Positions 29,518 to 37,684 of a DNA stretch of 37,684 bases are shown here, in pieces; the first letter of the stretch is position 1, and each line of letters opens with the position of its first letter. Both the position numbers and the translations under genes were made by a program. The notes beneath the pieces were generated by a model that was given only the letters and a program-made list of their open reading frames with translations, did not search any database and had not been told where the DNA came from. This stretch comes from Gemmatimonadota bacterium (lineage in GTDB: Bacteria > Gemmatimonadota > Gemmatimonadetes > Gemmatimonadales > GWC2-71-9). Location of the stretch: the NCBI GenBank assembly GCA_039588295.1, contig JBDHAB010000031.1:1-37684 (forward strand). Reading direction: 5' to 3'.

Positions 29518-29592
29518 CTGACCCCGGACTCGCGCCCGGGGTCAGGTAAACGTCACATACGTGGTGACCGGACTCCGCCGGGTGGCCCGGCG
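29518..29592 (-). terminator. Hairpins after atpH (possible end of the Fo operon transcript)
   Basis: CTGACCCCGG/CCGGGGTCAG 10-bp stem (29518-29545) and CGCCGGG/CCCGGCG stem (29576-29592); no clear U-tract. Confidence 0.4.
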
Positions 29593-29594
29593 AC

Positions 29595-30134
29595 CTACGT
29601 GTTCAGGAGCTGACGCTTGAGCGCCACCATGCGACGCCGCAGCGAGCCGTCGATAATGCGATCGCCCAGGCGCAGCACCAACCCACCGAGTATGGCCGGC
29701 TCAATCCGGAAGTGCGGAATGACTTCCTTGCCCAACGCCTCACTGAGCTTGGCCCGGACGGCTTCGCGGAGCGCCTCGTCGGGCTCGCGCGCGAGCGTCA
29801 CACCGGCGTGGATGCGGTTGAGCTTCTCGTCGACCAATACCGCGTGCTCCGCGCCGATCACCGGCAGCAGCTCCTGGCGCCCACGCTTGATCACGGCGGT
29901 CAGGAACCGCATGAACTCCTCCGCCGCACGGTCCTCGAGCGCCCGCTCCAGCACGCGCAACTTGGTCTTCTTCGCCACCTGAGGAGACTCGATGGCGACG
30001 CGAATGCTCGGCTCCGTCTCGATCGCCATCGCCAGGGCGGTGATCAGCCCGGCGAACCGCTCCGTCTGTCCCAGCCGTTCCCCGAGTTCGAACAGCGCCT
30101 CTGCGTAATTGCGCGCGATGGTCGATTCTCTCAC
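29595..30134 (-). CDS. atpH: ATP synthase subunit delta
   Basis: IARNYAEALF, ILGGLVLRLGDRIIDGS. Confidence 0.95.
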   Translation of the reverse strand: MRESTIARNYAEALFELGERLGQTERFAGLITALAMAIETEPSIRVAIESPQVAKKTKLRVLERALEDRAAEEFMRFLTAVIKRGRQELLPVIGAEHAVLVDEKLNRIHAGVTLAREPDEALREAVRAKLSEALGKEVIPHFRIEPAILGGLVLRLGDRIIDGSLRRRMVALKRQLLNT

Positions 30135-30685
30135 CGGGAACCGCTCTCCAATGACGAGATGTACTCCTCGACGATCTTCCGATCGGATGCGGAGTCCAAG
30201 CGCTGCTGGATCAGCTTGCCCGCGGCCGCCAGCGACAGCTCCACAGCCTCCCGCCGAAGCTCCCGGATCGCCCGATCGCGCTCCCCATCGATCTCCTGCT
30301 TGGCGCGATCGATGACACGCTGCTGCTCTTCCCGCGCCTTGGCGAGGAGGTGCTCGCGTTCCTTTTGCGCAATACCCTTCGCCTCGTTGATCACGGCGTG
30401 GGCTTCTTCCTTCGCCCCGGCGAGCAACTTCTTGTGCTCATCCAATGCCGCCTGTGCTTCGGTGTTGCGGCGATCGGCCTCGTCGAGTTGGTGCGCGATC
30501 TTCTTCTCACGCTCTTCCGTCAGCCGCACGATGGGTGGCCACGCGTATTTCCTGAGCAGAAAGAAGAGCAGCAGGAACACGACCCACGTCCAGAAGATGA
30601 GGCCGGGCTCGAGCGTAAACGGCCCGCCGAGCCCGCCTTCGGCCCCTTCCTCCACCGCAACCGCGACCAGCATCAAGTATGACAT
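30131..30685 (-). CDS. atpF: ATP synthase Fo subunit b
   Basis: ATG 30685; PGLIFWT...KYAWPPI...EREKKI followed by a long coiled coil. Confidence 0.93.
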   Translation of the reverse strand: MSYLMLVAVAVEEGAEGGLGGPFTLEPGLIFWTWVVFLLLFFLLRKYAWPPIVRLTEEREKKIAHQLDEADRRNTEAQAALDEHKKLLAGAKEEAHAVINEAKGIAQKEREHLLAKAREEQQRVIDRAKQEIDGERDRAIRELRREAVELSLAAAGKLIQQRLDSASDRKIVEEYISSLESGSR

Positions 30686-30692
30686 GGCTGTC

Positions 30693-30974
30693 CTAGACGA
30701 TCTTCGCGACGAGCGCCATGATGATCGCGATGATTGTCGCTCCTTCCATGAGGAAGGCGATGAGCAACGACGTCCCGCGAATGTCGTTGGCGGCGGCCGG
30801 CTGCCGCGCAATCGCCTGCGCGGTTTGCGAGCCGATCCAGCCGAGACCGAGACCCGCACCCAACAGGGCGAGCCCGATGCCAAGCCCCGACCCGACCACG
30901 GCCAAGGCGTCCGAGCCGGCTTGGGCGGCCTCCTGTGTCTGTACCAGCGTCGCTGCAAGCATGTTGATCAACAT
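30693..30974 (-). CDS. atpE: ATP synthase Fo subunit c
   Basis: Two TM helices, GxGxGxG, ARQP loop, ion-binding Glu in FLMEGAT. Confidence 0.93.
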   Translation of the reverse strand: MLINMLAATLVQTQEAAQAGSDALAVVGSGLGIGLALLGAGLGLGWIGSQTAQAIARQPAAANDIRGTSLLIAFLMEGATIIAIIMALVAKIV

Positions 30975-31181
30975 CTAGGTATCCCCATTCAGGTTTGTGG
31001 GAGATGTCGGTCCTCGTTGCGCTTTCCGCTCCGTCACCGTCTCTCCCGAACGGCGCTTTCGCGGTCTCCGCCATCGGCTCAGTGAGCCAGCGGGTCTCCT
31101 CGACCACCCGGGCCGAGTACTTGTCGGAGCGGCGCGTAGCGCCCGGGCCGCTCCCTCCTATCGTCCTACCGCCCTACCGCA

Positions 31182-32042
31182 CTAATGCTCGTGCAGAATC
31201 ACCCCGATCAGCACCGCCGTGATCAGCGTAAACACGTATGCCTGCACGAATCCCACGATGATCTCGAGCAGCATGACACCGAGCACCATCGCAGCCGATC
31301 CCACGCCGATGGCCCAGCGCCACAGCTCCACGTGACCGAACAGGAAGATCAAGCCGAACAACGCGAGGATCACGAAGTGCCCGGCCGTCATGTTGCCGAA
31401 CAGTCGCACGCACAGCGCAAACGGCTTGACCAGCTTCCCGACGATCTCGATGGGCGCCATGGCGATCGACATCGCCACCGCGCCGGCACCGCCCATGCCG
31501 GCCATGGGCGGGAAGATCGTCCGCATGTAGCCTTTCGCTCCGAGCTTCACCATGCCGCTGATCTCGATCACGAGCAGCGACAGGATTGCCATCCCGCCGG
31601 TGACCGCCAGGTTGCCCGTGGGCGTCGCGCCCCACGGCAACAGCCCCAGGAGGTTGCAGTAGAGCAGGAAGAAGAACAGCGTCATGATGTACGGCGCGAA
31701 CTTGGCACCGTCAGGCCCAATGTTGGCGATGGCGATATCGCTCCGCACCCACAGGGCCATGGCCTCAATGGCGTTGGCGAATCCCTTCGGCGCACGCTCG
31801 GCGGCGCGCTGCCGCTCGAGCCGGCGACCGGCGAACCACATCGTGAGAAATACCAAGAGCGCCGCGAACGCCATGTAGATCGCGTGCTTCGAGGGGGTGA
31901 GGTTGAACGTCAACCCGGCGACGTGCATGTCGGGGAGGAACTTGCCGTAGTCCCATACGAACAGCGGATAGAAATCCAGCGTGTACGCATCCGCCGTGTG
32001 ATGCATCAGGATGTCGCCGATATCCACTTCGTGCTGAATCAT
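31182..32042 (-). CDS. atpB: ATP synthase Fo subunit a
   Basis: NLLGLLP, TGNLAVT, KPFALCVRLFGNMTAGH, VQAYVFTLI. Confidence 0.95.
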   Translation of the reverse strand: MIQHEVDIGDILMHHTADAYTLDFYPLFVWDYGKFLPDMHVAGLTFNLTPSKHAIYMAFAALLVFLTMWFAGRRLERQRAAERAPKGFANAIEAMALWVRSDIAIANIGPDGAKFAPYIMTLFFFLLYCNLLGLLPWGATPTGNLAVTGGMAILSLLVIEISGMVKLGAKGYMRTIFPPMAGMGGAGAVAMSIAMAPIEIVGKLVKPFALCVRLFGNMTAGHFVILALFGLIFLFGHVELWRWAIGVGSAAMVLGVMLLEIIVGFVQAYVFTLITAVLIGVILHEH

Positions 32043-32380
32043 CTGAGCAGCCGCATCTCACTGAACAACAGCGGAATGAGCACCCCGATGTAGCCGGCGG
32101 CCGCCGGCAGCGGTGGGTACCGTTCCCGCTGAGTGTACACGAGCACCCCAAACACCACGATGCCCGCGAGCCTCAATCCCATCCCCATCGCCCATCGACC
32201 CATGAGCCTCTGGTGGGACCCCTCGAGACCCGACTTGAGGAGGGTCACGGCAGCGACGTGAATCGCCGTGGCGAGGAGGCCGAAGGTCACAGCCGCCTGC
32301 ACCGCCGTGGCGTCCCACACCACCCAGCAGAGAACCGTCACGAGACCGGTCAAGACCAGCCCGAAGATCACATCCTTCAC
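32039..32380 (-). CDS. atpI: ATP synthase protein I-like membrane protein
   Basis: GTG 32380; four hydrophobic segments, GMGLRL motif; 4-nt overlaps with atpZ and atpB. Confidence 0.65.
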   Translation of the reverse strand: MKDVIFGLVLTGLVTVLCWVVWDATAVQAAVTFGLLATAIHVAAVTLLKSGLEGSHQRLMGRWAMGMGLRLAGIVVFGVLVYTQRERYPPLPAAAGYIGVLIPLLFSEMRLLR

Positions 32381-32631
32381 TGCTTGCGGGCCTCGCCCGA
32401 TTGCTCGTCTTCGCCGAATCCCACCTGTAGCCGCCGGTAGATACTCAAAGTGCCGAGTGCGGCTCCGAGGAGCGCGCCCAGCACCATGAAGACCGGAAAG
32501 ATCCCCAACACCCGATCGAGGAACCATCCTCCGGCCATGAAGAGCATTACACCAGCCGCGAACGCGCACCCCAGTCCCGAATACCGATACACGTAAACCA
32601 GCGTGCGCCGCGGGGCGGTCACAGGGCCCAT
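32377..32631 (-). CDS. atpZ: AtpZ/AtpI family protein
   Basis: YRYSGLG...GGWFLDRVLGIFPVFMVLGALLG (GxxLD...P motif); first gene of the Fo operon. Confidence 0.8.
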   Translation of the reverse strand: MGPVTAPRRTLVYVYRYSGLGCAFAAGVMLFMAGGWFLDRVLGIFPVFMVLGALLGAALGTLSIYRRLQVGFGEDEQSGEARKQ

Positions 32632-32641
32632 GGGCGCCAGA

Positions 32642-32669
32642 AATGTACCCTGTCCGGTTGAATGCGCAA
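32642..32669 (-). promoter_or_regulatory. Possible promoter of the atp Fo operon
   Basis: TTGCGC-N16-TACATT ending 10 nt before ATG 32631 (would give a near-leaderless mRNA). Confidence 0.3.
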
Positions 32670-32799
32670 CCAAACGTGCACGGTGGCTCCGACGGGTGTT
32701 TTGGCGTACGATTGGGGGCGAAATACGCGCTGCAACTTCCAGCGTGGCGTGGCGTAGCAAGACCCATCACCACGGCACGCGCGGGCAGGGAGAGAGGTC

Positions 32800-33822
<1,023 letters not shown>

Positions 33823-33850
33823 TCCTCCCACTTTTGCAGGGAGCCTAACA

Positions 33851-34201
33851 ATGAGTGCACCTGTCGCTCACTGGGAGTTCTGGTCCCAGGATCCGCAACA
33901 GCTGGCCGACTTCTACGCATCGGCATTCGACTGGAAGATGACCTTCCTGGAGAACATGAACTACCACCTCGTGAACGCCGAAGAGGGCGGAATCGGGGGC
34001 GGCATCATGAAGCCACAGGCGGGACCGTGGCCCGGCAACATGGCGTTCTACATTCGCGTGGACGATCTCGAGACATACAAGCAGCGCGTGGTCGACGCGG
34101 GCGGGAAGATCGTCGTGGACCGGCAGGAAGTTCCCGACGTCGGCACGTTCTCGATGTTCGAGGACCCGGACGGGCGTGTAGTAGGGATCTGGCAACGGTG
34201 A
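33851..34201 (+). CDS. VOC/glyoxalase family protein
   Basis: ATG 33851; VAHWEF...FY...FDW, GIGGGIM, YIRVDDL, FEDPDG. Confidence 0.88.
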   Translation: MSAPVAHWEFWSQDPQQLADFYASAFDWKMTFLENMNYHLVNAEEGGIGGGIMKPQAGPWPGNMAFYIRVDDLETYKQRVVDAGGKIVVDRQEVPDVGTFSMFEDPDGRVVGIWQR

Positions 34202-34220
34202 GCGAACGGACGGGCGCCTC

Positions 34221-35378
34221 ATGAACGTCGACGCCGCCTACGTCTGCGACCTCCTCGCGGACCTGGTCCGCATCAACTCAATCAACCCGGCGTTCAGCGA
34301 CGACACGACCAACGAGCGCGAGATCGCGGCTCACGTCGGCCGCGTGCTGCGGGGTCTCGGGATGGACGTGCACACGCACGAGCCCGAGCCGAACCGGATG
34401 AGCGTCGTGGGCCGTCTCCCGGGCACGGGCGGCGGTCGCTCGCTCATGCTCTATGCCCACCTGGATACGGTGGGCGTGGAGGGCATGACCGATCCGTTCT
34501 CGGCGGAGATCACAGACGGCCGCATGTACGGTCGCGGCACGTACGACATGAAGGGCGGTCTGGCCGCCTGTATCGGCGCCGTGAAGACGGTCCGCGATGC
34601 GGGTGTGACACTCGGCGGCGACCTGCTCGTCGCAGCCGTCGCCGACGAGGAGGTCACGTCCATCGGAATGTCCGAGGTGCTGGTGCACCACTCGACCGAC
34701 GCGGCGATCGTGACCGAGCCGACCGAGTTGGAGATCTGTCTCGCGCACAAAGGGTTCTGCTGGATCGAGGTCGACACGATCGGCCGCGCGGCGCACGGCA
34801 GCCAGTTCGAACTCGGCGTGGATGCAAACATGCGGATGGGCCGCTTCCTCGGGCAGCTCGACTTTCTCGAGCAGCGGCTCCGGGTCTCGCGGCCCCATCC
34901 ACTCGTCGGGCCCCCGTCGCTCCATACGGGAACCCTGCGCGGCGGTACCGGCCCCAGCATCTACGCCGCACGGTGCCGCGCCGAGATCGAGCGGCGCAGC
35001 ATCCCCGGTGAGACCGAAGCGCAGGCCGTCGCCGAGATTCAGCAGATCCTCGACCGCCTGGCCGCGGACGACCCCAGCTTCGAGGGGCGTGCCCGGGCGA
35101 CACTCGCGCGGGACGCGTTCGAAGTGGATGCCGATGCTCCGGTGGTCGCGGCGGTTGCGGATGCGGCGCGCGTCATCTTGAAGCGGGACCCGCCCACAGT
35201 CGGCAAGCCGTTTTGGATGGACGCGGCGCTCCTCGCAGCGGCGGGGATCGAGACCGTCGTGTTCGGAGCCGCCGGCGCGGGCGCGCACGCCGACGAGGAG
35301 TCGGTGGATCTGGATTCGGTCGTACAGCTCACCAGGGTCCTGGCGCGAACGGCGGTGGCGTACTGCCGTCCCAACTAG
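34221..35378 (+). CDS. ArgE/DapE family M20 deacylase
   Basis: HLDTV, GRGTYDMKGG, ADEE, TEPT, GRAAHGS, GAHADEE. Confidence 0.9.
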   Translation: MNVDAAYVCDLLADLVRINSINPAFSDDTTNEREIAAHVGRVLRGLGMDVHTHEPEPNRMSVVGRLPGTGGGRSLMLYAHLDTVGVEGMTDPFSAEITDGRMYGRGTYDMKGGLAACIGAVKTVRDAGVTLGGDLLVAAVADEEVTSIGMSEVLVHHSTDAAIVTEPTELEICLAHKGFCWIEVDTIGRAAHGSQFELGVDANMRMGRFLGQLDFLEQRLRVSRPHPLVGPPSLHTGTLRGGTGPSIYAARCRAEIERRSIPGETEAQAVAEIQQILDRLAADDPSFEGRARATLARDAFEVDADAPVVAAVADAARVILKRDPPTVGKPFWMDAALLAAAGIETVVFGAAGAGAHADEESVDLDSVVQLTRVLARTAVAYCRPN

Positions 35379-35403
35379 CCGCCTACTTGAGGAGGGACTT
35401 CTG

Positions 35404-37347
35404 ATGCCGAAAAGAGGGAAGCCGCGGGCCAAGCAGCGCCGCAAACGGGCTGGTTCCGGGAAGGCCCCCAAGAGCCAGAATCGCTACGGCAACGAGAGCA
35501 TCCACAAGGACCCACTCGATCTCCGGGACTACTACTACGAAGGCAGCCTGAGTGCCTTGCCTTCCGGGATCGACAACCGGCGTTCCGTGCCCAAGATCCT
35601 GGATCAGGAGTCGGAGGGAGCATGTACCGGTTTCGGCTTGGCCGCGGTGGTGAACTACCTGTTGCACAACCACCCGGAGCGCGGTCCCATCAGCGCGGGC
35701 GACCGGGTGAGCCCCAGAATGCTGTACGAGATGGCCAGGCGGTACGACGAGTGGCCGGGTGAGGCGTACGAAGGCTCGAGCATCCGTGGCGCGATGAAAG
35801 GATGGCATCGCCACGGTGTGTGCAAGGAGTCGCTGTGGAAGTACCGAGTCAAGGATCCGGGCCGGTTGACGCCGACCGCTCGAGGCGACGCCGTGCGCCG
35901 ACCGCTGGGCAATTACTTCCGCGTGCGACATCGCTGGCTCACGCACATGCATGCCGCGTTACGAGAGGTCGGGATTCTACTGGCCAGTGCCCAAGTGCAC
36001 GAGGGATGGGAGAGGGTCAACCGACGAGACGGCAAGATCCCGTTCAGCCGCAAGATCATCGGCGGACACGCCTTCGCCATCGTGGGATACGATGACGAGG
36101 GCCTCTGGATACAGAATTCGTGGGGGCCGTCCTGGGGCAACCAGGGGTTCGCGCACCTCTCCTATGAGGACTGGCTCGAACATGGGTGGGATTGCTGGGT
36201 CGCACGACTCGGAGTCCCCACCAAGGTGCGGTCCCTGAAGACGACCGGTCTTGGCGGTCGCGCCACCACCTTCGATTACATCACGGACGAGGCGGTGGTA
36301 CTGGACGCCATCCGGCCGCACTTCGTCAACCTGGGCAACGAGGGCACGCTGTCTGCGTCGGGACGCTACAGCACATCGGAGGACGACGTTCACCACATCT
36401 TCCGCACGACGATCAGTGAACATGCGGAGCAATGGGCCACGCCCCGGCTCCTGCTCTACGCGCATGGGGGGCTCAACACGGAAGTTGCATCGGCGCAGCG
36501 CATCGCGAGCTTCCACCCTCATTTCGAGCACAACGAAATCTATCCACTCCATTTCATGTGGGAGACCGGTCTCACCGACACCATCGGCAACATCGTGGCC
36601 GACGCCTTCCGCACCCGGAGGTTCACGGGATGGCGCGATGAAATGAAGAAACGGTTCAGGGAGCTGCTGGATGAAGCCATTGAGTTCGCCGCGCGGCCGC
36701 TGGGCCGTGCCGTTTGGCGTGAGATGCAAGAGAATGCCCGCAAGGCCAGCAATACAGGTGGCGGCGCGACGCTGGTCGCGGAGGAGATCGCGTCCTACAT
36801 TCGGCGCAACGGACCAATCGAGGTTCACCTCGTGGGTCACAGCGCTGGGAGTATTCTCCACGCGCACCTGATCCCACGGTTGGTTGAGCGCGACGTCCCG
36901 ATCCAGAGCCTGACGCTCTATGCCCCCGCGTGCACAACCGATCTGTTCACGACCAACATCGCTCCACATCTCGGCGGAGCCATACACGAGTTTGCGCTGT
37001 TCAATCTCGCCGACGAAGCCGAGCAGGACGACTCCGTGGGCCCCTATGGCAAGAGCCTGCTCTATCTGGTTTCGGAGGCCTTCGAGGACAAGAAGAAAGC
37101 GCCAATTCTCGGCATGGACGCCTTCATTCGCGAGGATGCCGGTCTACGCCGGCGGGTGGGACGCAGGGCACCGAGTACGCCGACCGCGAAGACGGTGATC
37201 TACACCCGGGATCTCCGGACTCGGCTCAAGCTCACCTCGGGGAGCAGCACACACGGCGGGTTCGACAACGACGAAGATACGCTGAACTCGACGCTGAGCA
37301 TCGTGCTACACAAGCGCCCTGAGAATCCGTTTCCGGATACGGCGTAG
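35404..37347 (+). CDS. C1 (papain-like) cysteine peptidase fused to a C-terminal alpha/beta-hydrolase domain
   Basis: DQESEGACTGF (Gln/Cys), GGHAFAIVGY (His), QNSWG (Asn); C-terminal YAHGGLN, VGHSAGS nucleophile elbow, LYAPAC, STHGGFDND. Confidence 0.85.
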   Translation: MPKRGKPRAKQRRKRAGSGKAPKSQNRYGNESIHKDPLDLRDYYYEGSLSALPSGIDNRRSVPKILDQESEGACTGFGLAAVVNYLLHNHPERGPISAGDRVSPRMLYEMARRYDEWPGEAYEGSSIRGAMKGWHRHGVCKESLWKYRVKDPGRLTPTARGDAVRRPLGNYFRVRHRWLTHMHAALREVGILLASAQVHEGWERVNRRDGKIPFSRKIIGGHAFAIVGYDDEGLWIQNSWGPSWGNQGFAHLSYEDWLEHGWDCWVARLGVPTKVRSLKTTGLGGRATTFDYITDEAVVLDAIRPHFVNLGNEGTLSASGRYSTSEDDVHHIFRTTISEHAEQWATPRLLLYAHGGLNTEVASAQRIASFHPHFEHNEIYPLHFMWETGLTDTIGNIVADAFRTRRFTGWRDEMKKRFRELLDEAIEFAARPLGRAVWREMQENARKASNTGGGATLVAEEIASYIRRNGPIEVHLVGHSAGSILHAHLIPRLVERDVPIQSLTLYAPACTTDLFTTNIAPHLGGAIHEFALFNLADEAEQDDSVGPYGKSLLYLVSEAFEDKKKAPILGMDAFIREDAGLRRRVGRRAPSTPTAKTVIYTRDLRTRLKLTSGSSTHGGFDNDEDTLNSTLSIVLHKRPENPFPDTA

Positions 37348-37619
37348 CCGAGCGAGCTTGGCCCTCCCTGAGTTGTGACGCGCGGGAGGACGCGCTGTCC
37401 ACCGACGATGCGCCGACCGGCTTCGACTGAACATCACGCCGGCGACGAGCAGTAGGACGTAAAGACGGCCTGGCGAAGACAGTCGCGGCAGCGGTAGCCG
37501 GCCGGAGCTCCGGCTTGGTCAGTGGTCGGCATGTGCCTGACCTCACCAGCACTCTTTCGGTACTCGGCCGGCCGAGCGTATGATGTATGTTGGCGGCGGT
37601 CCAACGGGGGAGCGCCACC

Positions 37620-37684
37620 ATGCCGGTCACGGCCAGACTCTCACAGAAGTTCTACGAGCGCCTGGGTGAAGAGGTCGCCAATGA
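37620..37684 (+). CDS. Start of a hypothetical protein (truncated by the window edge)
   Basis: GGGGAG RBS, then ATG 37620 MPVTARLSQKFYERLGEEVAN..., open to the edge with GC3-rich codons; TATGAT at 37579-37584. Confidence 0.55.
   Translation, partial: MPVTARLSQKFYERLGEEVAN

Noticed and set aside
30961..30974. Perfect 14-bp palindrome ATGTTGATCAACAT at the atpE start
   Set aside because: It coincides with the codons M-L-I-N-M and is a single instance with no other support as an operator

Overview
High-GC bacterial chromosomal window, probably from a Gemmatimonadota-like organism (inferred from gene content and style, not verified). It is densely coding and mostly minus-strand housekeeping or metabolic genes: a partial PolX coupled to ligA, two MFS transporters, a PQQ-type sugar dehydrogenase, DUF427, a glutaryl-CoA-dehydrogenase-like enzyme, SprT, a metallophosphoesterase, an isocitrate/isopropylmalate dehydrogenase, a Dch-like crotonase, an SDR, a CC*-ArsA-CstA trio, DUF885, a Tat-exported glycosylasparaginase, YtxJ/BrxC, a sugar nucleotidyltransferase, a cupin and a NapG/MauM-like ferredoxin. 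Next come a plus-strand radical SAM-TPM-nucleotidyltransferase-like-LemA-GT39 operon, a stand-alone Fo+delta ATP synthase operon (atpZ-I-B-E-F-H), MoxR, VOC, an ArgE-like M20 enzyme and a papain(C1)-alpha/beta-hydrolase fusion. The most intriguing signals are: (i) a ~2.27 kb cassette of an S8 protease plus a 60-aa Trp/Cys/poly-Pro peptide, with its own promoter and hairpin, bounded by an exact 11-bp direct repeat; (ii) two related purine-run/heptamer-repeat hairpin elements bracketing an MFS gene; (iii) several catalytically altered or context-displaced enzymes. No rRNA, tRNA, CRISPR array or transposase was recognised. All product calls come from motif recognition by eye; no searches were run.
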